Origin: Paraspadella gotoi
Taxonomy: Eukaryota; Animalia; Chaetognatha
Assembly (NCBI GenBank): GCA_051294375.1
Contig: CM119268.1
Coordinates: 21,300,553-21,364,552, forward strand
Reading direction: 5' to 3'
Length of the DNA: 64,000 bases
This document shows positions 1-10,094 of the stretch, one piece after another. Position numbers and translations under genes: made by a program. The notes under the pieces are model-generated. The model made no database searches and had not been told where the DNA came from. It saw nothing but the letters and a program-made list of their open reading frames with translations. The first letter of the stretch is position 1; each line of letters begins with the position of its first letter.

Positions 1-772
1 GACTAACTTTCTATTTGAGACAAAAAATAGGACGAGTTAAATTGAGTAGTTTTGTTTGCTTTCATCTCAAACCAGGATTAGTTTTTTCTACGTCAGCAAA
101 AGCAAATTCAAGATGGAAAAGAAAAAGTTAATAACGAATTTGGGAAAAGTTTATGACTTGTCAATTTCGACCTCCTTTTAGCTCTCTTATAAATATTTTT
201 AAAAATCTTCTTATAAATCTTCTTATAAATCTTCTTCTGGGAGCCGAGATTGTATTAAGTTTAATGTTTAATAATTATAAGAAATTACTTTCTTGTCCAT
301 TTCTAATGTTTAATGTTGAAAAAACTGTTATTTCTTGAGTAATAAATTGTAATAAAATTGGTTTCGGAATTTGCACTAATTGATTGATTGATTGATTGAT
401 TGAATTCTTGTTTGATTGATTGATTTATTATTAATTGAATAATTGATTTTTTATTAATTGATTGATTTATTGATTGATTGAATCATAGACTATTTTAGTG
501 ATTAAGTGATTAAGTTTGATTGACAGATCCATTCATTTTTATTCATTCATTCATTAATTCATTTATTCATTCATTAATTCATTCAATAATTCATTTATTC
601 ATTCATTCATTCATTCATTCATTAATTCATTTATTCATTCTTTCATTCATTCATTCATTAATTAATTCATTTTATGCGTTCGAATTGAGTCGAGAAAAGT
701 TTGGATTTTCGTTGTGACTCATTTTTTTCATCTTCCTGATCACTCGAATCACATGAATCCCGTGATCTCTCT

Positions 773-839
<67 letters not shown>

Positions 840-1092
840 GCGTCTCGATTTCGTTTGGCTAATCATTTCGTTCGTTTTGAGTCTTCATCTTTCGTTTTGT
901 TTTCAAATCCGCCTCATACTTTTAAGTTCTTTTCGCACTCATTCGAACATATTGCATTTTTTTTGGCGAATTTCAAATCTGTGATATAGACTGGTTATTC
1001 TCAACGTTAAATTTTCCTACAAATTGTTTGCAAATATTATAATACTTTAACAAACTACATTTTCTTAATTATTTTACAAAAAAAAAAAGATC

Positions 1093-2203
1093 ATGGAAAA
1101 TTCTCACAAAAAAGTTCAGAATGAAAAAAAATCTGGCCTCGACGTGTCGATTCATAAAAGGTAACTGAGAAAATGTAACTTACATGACATACGATATTAA
1201 TTCCTGAATACTGTACAGATTAAAATAACAATTTTAAAAAATTCATATTCATTCTAATCAAAATTTGACATGTTTTTTTTTTCGTTTATAGATAAGAATT
1301 AGATGTCAAACTTTAATAAAATTTTGAGGAACACATTTTGTATTTTCAAATTCTCTTTCGAACACCCCCCCCCATTACTCGCGATTCCTTTCCCTCTATT
1401 CTCTCGCCCCCTCAACACCCCCTACCGCAGTGGATCGTCCACTCGACGTCGTCTTCAGCGGATGGAATCCTTCGTCGACAGCCTCGAATCCGTCAAGGAA
1501 TTGCGGGACAACGCCGCCTCGGGTGAGTTGCGGAGAAATTAGGGAACGTTGCGCTAAGTTAGGCTGCAGCAATGCTGCAGTGAAGCAACCTTCTGTTCGC
1601 AATTGTTAAAAAGTAGATAATATGTAATAAAAACTAACATACAACAAATTCAGCAGAGACAGAATGACTAATCCAGCAAAGTTTTAAACAATGACGTCTT
1701 CAGAAAAGTCCAAAACAATAAATACTACAACAAAGCTAAAAAACAACGATTTCTACACTAAAGATAAAAGCAATAACGATTCAGAAAGAACAACACCCAC
1801 TACAGCAAAGCAAAAAAAAAAAGACTTCTACAGCAAATTCTGTCTTTTCCTTGAAGGAAAACTTTATCTTCTTCATCGGATGTTGAATCGTGGAGTCGAA
1901 ATAGACGCGCAGCAGGACGACGACGACGACGGCAGCAGTGGCGGCGGCGAGACAGCGTTGACGACCGCGTTGAACTGTGGACAGAAGGAAGCCTTCCGTC
2001 TGCTGTTAAAACACGGAGCCGACCCTGATATTCGTCCAAAGCCAAAGATTAAAGCCTCGTAAGTAAATTATTTACTTATGGCTTTAATTAATCCAATAAT
2101 AAATAATGAGATAAATATAAAAAATTAAAAATAAATAAATCTATAAATCTATAAATCTATAAATCGATCGGTCAATCGATCAATAAATCAATCAATCAAT
2201 CAA

Positions 2204-2258
<55 letters not shown>

Positions 2259-2268
2259 TCAATAAAAT

Positions 2269-2300
<32 letters not shown>

Positions 2301-2643
2301 CGATCCCTAAGCGGCCCTTGCAACACCTCCCCGCTCTGGAAGACGATCAACCTCCAGGACCTCGAATGGAGTCGGCTGCTCCTCTCCGCCGACTACGACG
2401 CGACTCTCGACGAATCGACGGGCGGTTGGGTCGACGCCTTGAGGCGACACCTGGCGGAGATAAAGAGGAGGAAGAAGGAAGAGGGGGTCGACCTTACCCG
2501 GGATCCTTTCAACTCGGTCTACTCGGAGTTTTTCGAGGTCAGGGGGTCAGGGGGCCAGGGGTCAGGGAGTAATTGTAATAAAAATATTCGTCAATAAAAT
2601 AATCGAAAAATAACTATTAAACTATCAATCATCGAATCAGTCA

Positions 2644-2690
<47 letters not shown>

Positions 2691-2985
2691 TCAATAAAAT
2701 AATCAATCAGTGGTACGACACCGTCCGACGCCTCAATCCCTTCTCCCTCGCCCACGGATGCCGTCTCGTCATTCGTCGTCGCCTCAAATCGCTCGCCAGC
2801 GGCAGAAGCATCTTCGCCGCGGCGGAGCGGCTGCCGCTGCCGAGAACTCTGAGAAATTACGTGCTGCTGCAGGTGAGGATTTTCAAGAGCGAAGATGTAT
2901 GTGCGATTCGTATTTGGTATTTACTATTTACTTCGATGTTAATCAATTGATTGATTGATTGATTGTTTGATTGATTGATTTATTG

Positions 2986-3048
<63 letters not shown>

Positions 3049-3236
3049 ATTAAAGAAAATAGTAAGAAAGAGAATACCCAACTTTTCCCCACGGTTCTTT
3101 GCGACAGGATATGGACACAGAGGAATGGCTCGACGAATACATGAAGACGAAGGCCAAATCCTTGGAGAGGATGGTTGCTTCCCTCGACAAAGAGTTGGAG
3201 GCCGAAGGAAGGGAGCCAGCACTTTCTCACGGATGA
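1093..3236 (+). CDS. Ankyrin repeat and SOCS box-containing protein (ASB-like), 6 coding exons: join(1093..1160,1431..1522,1857..2058,2312..2537,2711..2872,3108..3236), ~292 aa
   Basis: All GT-AG junctions are phase-compatible and give one open frame from ATG 1093 to TGA 3234-3236. Ankyrin motifs: ETALTTALNCGQKEAFRLLLKHGADPD and SPLWKTINLQDLEWSRLLLSADYD. SOCS box in exon 5: PFSLAHGCRLVIRRRL...LPLPRTLRNYVLLQ. Exon 1 is less certain than exons 2-6. Confidence 0.88.
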
Positions 3237-3658
3237 GGCTCATTTGAATTAAATTAAAAATTGACTCATTTTTATTGCCCTAATTTATTGTAAAACACTG
3301 TTATTATGATGTTTTGTTTTTCGGTTGTTTTTTTTTACATTTTAAATACTGTGAGAGGTTTGACTTGCTGATTTTTTTCACGTCGTTGATTTTAAAAGAT
3401 TCGTAAATTGTTTCAAACCGGTTGTTGTTGTTGTTTTTTTTTTTGTTTTTTTTTTAGAATTACATGTTTAATTAATTTACGGATTTTTAAAATCATTTGC
3501 TGATTCATTTAAAAAAAGTTTAAATTTAAATCGTAATTAAAAACTTAAATATCGTTATTTAAAAAAAAACAAAAATCGAGTTCATTTAAATTTGGAACTG
3601 TCGCGGTCGTTTTTAATTCCCCGTTACTCGTCCGTAACCCACTCGTCCGAGTTCAGCC

Positions 3659-3850
3659 GCAACTCTGGCGCAGGAAGTAGCACGAACTCCTTCCAACCCG
3701 AAGGGCTCGGGTTCGAGCCCTGCTGATTCACTGAAGAGAGCGCGTCGGATGGACTACAGACCCATCTGAAGTTCGGGAAATTGTCTGCAACGGACTTGAA
3801 AGGCGTTCGTCCTACGAGGGGCTGCCTCACTCTTAATGCTGTCGTCGCAT
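3659..3850 (+). mobile_element. tRNA(Gly-like)-derived SINE-like element
   Basis: A-box-like TGGCGCAGGAAGTAG, Gly-type anticodon loop CCTTCCAA and B-box GGTTCGAGCCC. The body segment GACTTGAAAGGC(G/A)TTCGTCCTAC...ACTCT(T/C)AA(T/A)GCTGT recurs at ~5238-5280. Confidence 0.55.
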
Positions 3851-4069
3851 GTACCTTGCTCGAGTGCAACGGACATCGTCTTCCACAGAAACGTCTTTTG
3901 TTTTCTGATACAGTCGCTTCTTCCATCTGTTATCAAGATTAAAGAAGCGAGACAAAACAAAGTAGCAACGAACTTGACTTTGCGGGGATTTCTTTCTTAA
4001 TTTTTTTCAGTCTCACTTAAATTGATTTTAAATCGCAAATTCGGATGTTCGACAGTCGAGAGGTGGCAT

Positions 4070-4143
<74 letters not shown>

Positions 4144-5421
4144 GGACAATCAGATTCACACAGAAACGTGAATTATTCTATTTCCTCAATTTTTTCCCGC
4201 GCAATTTTTTTCCATCTCAGTCTTTCCCTTTTTTTTCTCTGTAGGTTTTTTCTCTAAATTGAATATTCCATCTTTTTTTATTCCTTCCATGAATATTCTG
4301 TTTATGACTCTTTTCCTCCTTTTCCTATTTTTTCCCTTTTCTTTCCTTTTTCCTTCTTTTTTTTCCTTCCTTTTCTTTCATTTTTCTCTCCTTTTCTTTC
4401 CTTTTCCTTCCTTTTCTTTCATTTTTTCTTTCTTTTTTTTTCCTTTTCTTTCCTTTTCTTTCATTTTATTTTTTCCTTGTCTTTCCTTTTTCCTTCTTTT
4501 TCTTTCTTTTTTCTATCCTTTTCTTTCCTTTTTCCTTCCTTTTCTTTCCTTTTTCCTTTTCTTTCCTTTTTCTTTTTTTTCTTTCCTTTTTCCTCCTCTT
4601 TCTTCCTTTTTCCTTCCTTTTCTTTCTTTTTTCCTTTCTTTTCTTTCCTTTTTTCCTTCCTTTTTTTTCCCTTTTTTTTTCATTTCTTTTTCTTGAATCG
4701 TTTCGTTCCCAATTTTTTAATAAGTACTTTTTGCATAAATTTTTAACAACTCGTTTTATCGATATCTATAGAAATCTTCACCACTTAAAGATTTATGATG
4801 CAATCAAACTAACTTAAAATTACCACAATGAAAAAAGAAAAAATCGCTTAAAATTTCAGGCGAATTTTAACTCCTAATTTTTTGTACCATTAAAATTTAA
4901 CTTTAAAGTAAAAATCTAGGAAAATAACTGACATAATTTCATAATGCTATAGTTTATTTACATCAAGATTGTACGGGGCGACAAGAAAAAGAAAAGACCG
5001 TGTTTATAAATAGACGATCCACACTACGTAAATAACATGAACGCATCCACTGCTTCTGGCGGCTGCAGCCTTTAAAAACAGCGGTGGCATGCGAATCCAC
5101 GCCTCAGCTTAAGATCAATACTTTAACAAATTTCCTTTGCGGAGACAGGATTTCGTCTAATTTTCCGTATATGTATGAAAAAATCGAAGGCCTTTTTTTC
5201 AAGCAGATATTTTCGTTAGTTGTACAGTTGTCGATTTGACTTGAAAGGCATTCGTCCTACTTTACTCTCAAAGCTGTTGACGACAAAGCTTTGGAAGATT
5301 ACGGCCAGAATGTTGTTTAAAGAAAAGGTTAAGAAGATAGAGGGAGATAGAGAGAGAAAGGGTGACTAATGGGGCTGAGCTTGGCCCACTCCGTTACTCC
5401 TAAAACGGATCGGCTTTTCGC

Positions 5422-5681
5422 TTATCTGCTTTTCAAACTCCTCGAGCCTTCGGTCTCCACTTCCATCAGAAATACGTTTTCCCTTGCAGCGCGAGGAGTT
5501 AACGACGTATTGCTAGCGACAGTCCGCGATAACGTCTCCGAAGTCGTGACAATCCTCGACGATCCATTCCGGACGGACATTGAATCGGACGGTGGAGGAC
5601 TGATGGGAGGATGAGTGTCTGGATGCCTTTCCTTCGAGGAATTGACGGGAGGTGAGAGAAGGACGAACGAGATGATGATGA

Positions 5682-5743
<62 letters not shown>

Positions 5744-6299
5744 ATGCGAAAATGACGAAGAATCCGATGCCGACGATTTGATGGCAACGAGATTTTGGAA
5801 TCATCTTCAAAGGGGGGGGGGCTGGGGGGGGTGAGGTTGAAGTAAAAGAAAGAAGATTAAATCCACGAAGGAATTCTTAAAATCGTTTTCTTTAATTGAC
5901 TTTTGGAAAAGAGAATCAATATACCTGAGGTTGAACACTTGATCAACGACACTGCCCCCAGCATCTGCAAACATCATCACTTAGCCCAAACATCATCGCT
6001 TCATCCAGACATCATCACTGCACCAAAACATCATCACTTCACACAAAGAACATCATTGCAACGCTTTACCTTCACTTTACCAAAACATCATCACCTTCTT
6101 CTCTTTATCCTTTTCTAATTTGTCTGCAGTCGTGGCCCCCGTTGCCGCAGCGCCGCTCTTCTGCGACGTCGCTGCTGCGGGCTTCCCCTGCGGTTGGTCT
6201 TCGAAGAAATTGGACGGCTCAACGTCGCCGTCAGTTGCCATGGCAACGAGTGAATTTCGTCGGACGAGATGCGTCGCGTTCAGCGACAATTCGGTTAAC
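5422..6299 (-). CDS. Possible coding exons of an unidentified gene (low-complexity, disordered-looking); candidate exons 6095..6299 and ~5422..5804
   Basis: GC/CpG-rich islands with polypyrimidine+AG acceptors (CTTAG at 6300, TTTGAAG at ~5805) and open frames (LTELSLNATHLVRRNSLVAM..., ...PPISPPPSDSMSVRNGSS...KSR*). The phases do not join cleanly and no domain is recognised. Confidence 0.25.
5955..6095. repeat. Degenerate minisatellite (AAACATCATCAC-based units)
   Basis: Repeated ACATCATCAC/ACATCATCGC/ACATCATTGC cores. Confidence 0.6.
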
Positions 6300-6711
6300 C
6301 TAAGGCTTTGACATTTTATTTAGCCTATTCTAATCATAAATTCTTTTCAAATCCTTTCGTTTAGTGATTAAAAAAAATTATTAAATTTAAAAGTTGGTTT
6401 TTAAAAAAGGAGCTAATTTTTAATTAGCGGGAAAAAAAATATTATAATAAGTTTACTGATACTAATTTGATTTTCCCAATCTAAATTTGCTCTGTTGTTT
6501 TACCTTTTTTATGCAAATTCATCTAGGTTTTCAGCATTAATCAAATTAATTTTTATCGTCGTCGTCGTCGTCGTCGTAAATCGGTCTGATGGTCGCTCAA
6601 TAAACTCAATAAACTGGAATTAAATCCGAAACTAACTGCTCCAGTTAATTTTATTGATTACTCAATTATAAATATTCAACTGATAAAGTAAAATAAAAGT
6701 TGTTCTGTATT

Positions 6712-6895
6712 AGGGCATGGCTAAAAGTTCACTCCGCCTTTAAGTATGAAGCTCATGAAGCTCATTGAGTAATACAATGCGCTCATAATCATCGGGTATT
6801 GGCATCGAAAACCTGGAAAACCCTCGAGCCTGGTTCCAAGCCCAGAACCCAAGGTAGTCACAGAAGATACGTAGTAAGTAAGTAGTAAGTAGTCT
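6712..6895 (+). mobile_element. Dispersed SINE-like repeat, copy 1 (related copy at ~30675-30850)
   Basis: CTGGAAAACCCTCGAGCCTGGTTCCAAGCCCAGAAC matches CTGGAAAACCCACAAGCCTGGTTTCAAACTCAGAAC at ~30795-30830, with weaker upstream similarity. Followed by a (TAAG/TAG)n-like tail. Confidence 0.5.
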
Positions 6896-7612
6896 TCAGC
6901 CTACTGAGCGCTTTATCCACAGCTGGATTTAGACGTGGTCTCGTAAAGCGAAGTCAATTGATAACGAGACTCGCGCGTTTAGTAATGTGCGGGACTTTTA
7001 ATGAAAATGAAAATGTAGTTTGTGAGAAAATCTAGATGAAGTGATGGTGGAGGGTGAGGCAGGGAAGGAGAGGAAACAAAGAGGGCTCTCTTTTCGGAGA
7101 GTGCCACATTTCTGTTTGTTTTTACCAGAATTTAATATTGACTTTAAATTTAATCTAAATATTTTTTTAACTCATAACGCCAGTCCAAAACCAAAATCTT
7201 TAACCCAAATTACAAACTAAGTTGCTCACCTTAATAAATAACCTAATTTCTAAATAAATCCCAAATACTCACCTTTAACCTAATTTTTTACTAAAAAAAT
7301 TAATATGAATCAGAATTTAAAATAAAATTGAGCGTTTTTGGAAAATAAAGCCAAAAAGAAGAAATGAGCAAAGTTTTTTGTTCTTTTAAGAAAGTGGTTG
7401 TTGGAAAAGGCAAGACGTGAAGTAAAGATCCCTGTGTATAACATGGCGAAATGGAACAAAAAGAAAAAATGGAAAGAGGAAGTCTTTACATCCGGGAGAA
7501 AGTAGAGCAAAATTTACATCCGGGAGAAAATAGAGCGAAACTCGTCGGTTTAACGAAGCGAGAAGAAAGATTCGTAAAAACGGATCTTTATTACGAAAAA
7601 CGTTAAACGCGG

Positions 7613-7712
<100 letters not shown>

Positions 7713-8125
7713 AGCTTCCAACCCCAGAGTCAGAGGAAAAAATTTATTGAGCTGAAGGCGAGTAATAATTTTTGCACCGAAAATAGATTTTTTATTTCCC
7801 AGTTAAGAATTATATTAAATATTAAATTTGATTTGTGATCGCCATTGAAATAATAAAAATATTAAAATTAGCATTGGCTGTTTTCAAATTTCGCGTACAT
7901 TTAATTTAACTCTATCATCCCGGGCTCTTAGAATTAGTAAGACAAAATTAAATTAACATACTAAATAGGTATATAAACAGGATGTCTAAAAAGACTATTG
8001 ATGAGTAGTTGAGTACATTTCTTTCATACGTCATCCGTTGAAAAAATCCGTTTGTCCTTCTGTGATATCCTATGATATATGGACTTAATGGAGCATTTTC
8101 AGAACAAAAGCCTCCAGAGCCTTCT

Positions 8126-8208
<83 letters not shown>

Positions 8209-8270
8209 TGTGTGTTTATCTTGGCAACCCCGTTGGCGGTCTATGCACGACGTCGTGAATAATTTCTCTT

Positions 8271-8303
<33 letters not shown>

Positions 8304-8611
8304 TAACGCGTCGGTGTCCTTATTTAAGTTTAGTTTCGTTATTCTGTGCGTGACTTTTTTTCGTTCCTTGTATTTTCTGGAGTAAAACAGGGAGAGGAAA
8401 GCAAAAGAAAAAGATAAGAAATGAAAAGAAAAGAAAGGAAAGAAAAGAAAGGGGAAAAAAAGAAAGAAAAGAAAGGAAAAAGAAAAAAGGAAAGAAAAGA
8501 TAGGAAAAGAAAAGAAAGGAAAGAAAAGAGAGAGTAATTCTATTAACCTCGAAAGTTCGAAAGTCATGAAACTTGAAAAGTCGGTTAATTACCGATATTG
8601 AGCGAAAGCCT

Positions 8612-8840
8612 CTGCGTGCGACTTGGCACTTTTAAGTGTGAGCGGATTCACTATTGGTGCGACTTGGCACCCTTGAGTGTGAGAGGACTCTCTTTGCGCG
8701 TGACTGGGCACATTTCAGGTTTAGATGACTCCCTTTGGGTGCGACTGAACACCTTTCCGTGTGAGAGGACTGGAATCCTTCGAGTGTGCTACGATTCACT
8801 TTGGGTGCGACTTGGCACCATAGAGTGTGAGAGGACTGGC
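8612..8840. repeat. GC-balanced tandem repeat (GTGCGACTTGGCAC...GTGTGAGAGGACT units, ~5 degenerate copies)
   Basis: Recurrent GTGCGACT(T)GGCAC and GTGTGAG(A/C)GGA(C/T)T motifs. Confidence 0.7.
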
Positions 8841-9384
8841 CATTCGGTGGATGGATCACCAATACCTGCCACGTGCCATTTTTTTTCATTAACCGGGAAT
8901 CCTTGTATGCAAAGGATGACCTTTGGAGCTCCTTTGAGTGCGGAATCCCGATCGTTGCCGAAAAAGGAATACTTTGCCTGTTTTCCCAATCGTCTCCATC
9001 TCTTTTATCGTCTCCTTCTCTATTTTATCTTCTTTATCGGTTTCTCTTTTTCCTCTTCCTTCTCTTTCCTATTCAGATTCCAAAAATATTTTCTTCTTTT
9101 CTTTTTCTTTTATTCCTATTTCTAAGAAAAGGTGTTTTTTTTATGTTTAAGAACGATCGTAGAAATTTCCGCCAAAACGGTTTCTTTGTTACGCTATCGT
9201 CGTCGTCGTTGTCGTCGTCGTCGTCGTCGCACTCACCGAATCAGGATCTGATTGTCATTGTCGATTTTTGTTGTTGTTGTTGTTGTTATTGTTGTCGTCA
9301 TCATTCCTCGACGTTATATCATTTATAAAAAATAAACAAGAACGGAAATTCAAATGAGTGTTGCGCTTCAGTGACTTTTATTCT

Positions 9385-9480
9385 TTAAAATGTTATGATT
9401 TCCTGAAGGCGGAGCTCACAGTCACTTAAATTTAAGGTTTTGTCCTGTTTTGACAAAAGAGCAACCGACTAGAGGCGAAT
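9385..9480 (+). mobile_element. Fragment of Helentron/HINE (DINE-1-like) non-autonomous element
   Basis: TTCCTGAAGGCGGAGCT...GAGCAACCGACTAGAGGC is homologous to copies at 15040-15267 and 36390-36600. Confidence 0.55.
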
Positions 9481-9564
9481 TTTTTCGTCTTTCTTGTTTT
9501 GATTTCATCACAGTTGGAATCGGATCTAAAAATAGAATCGGATCCGCGACTCGGATTCTGCCCT

Positions 9565-9835
9565 CTCATTGGACGAACCAATAAGTGAAGCCACCAATCA
9601 CAAGATAGGCTTCATGCCATCGGGAAAACCAGTCCGTGACGATGATTCGATTTCCCTGTATAAAAATACTGACCATTTTTGTACTGATTCACTCTGTCTC
9701 AAATTCGGACACCGTCTTGCGCTTGTTCAAATACTGAAATAAATTCCACTTTGGTTTCATGTTGAAATCCCTGTCTACTTACTTAAATGTGGTGGCAGGG
9801 GTGGGATTCAAACCCACGCCTTCTAAGATTCAGCC
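9565..9835 (+). mobile_element. LTR-like segment followed by antisense 3' part of mature tRNA-Leu (PBS-like, extended)
   Basis: CCAAT boxes, TATAAAA and AATAAA, then TGGTGGCAGGGGTGGGATTCAAACCCACGCC (9790-), the reverse complement of the tRNA-Leu 3' end plus CCA. The junction GAAATC..TGTCTA.TT.CT is shared with copies at ~50560 and ~57025. Confidence 0.55.
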
Positions 9836-9950
9836 TTTTATTTTCTTTTCTTTCTTTCTTCCACTGTCCTCACCAGCAACGTCTTTTCACACTTTCCTCC
9901 TCCTCCTCCTCCTCCTCCTCTAATTCCTCGACATCCTCTCGCCTTACCAT

Positions 9951-9983
<33 letters not shown>

Positions 9984-10055
9984 CTCCTCCTACTTCCGGT
10001 TTCTGCGTCTTTCAGGTTCGCGTTTGTCTCTCGTTTCTTCTCATGACGGAGTTAA

Positions 10056-10094
<39 letters not shown>

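Noticed and set aside
3659-3725. Functional tRNA gene
   Set aside because: Acceptor and anticodon stems do not pair properly; SINE head only.
6826-6850. Hairpin CTGG-TTCCAAGC-CCAG resembling twister P4/L4
   Set aside because: No UAA/P2/GA-T1 partner in register, and the homologous copy at ~30810 has TTTCAAAC, losing the conserved AAGC.
8612-8840. Regularly spaced repeats as a CRISPR array
   Set aside because: Eukaryotic context, degenerate repeats, related spacers and no cas genes; it is a minisatellite.
8905-8922. TGCAAAGGATGAC similarity to U6 snRNA
   Set aside because: Only ~12 nt; no ACAGAGA box or remaining U6 sequence.
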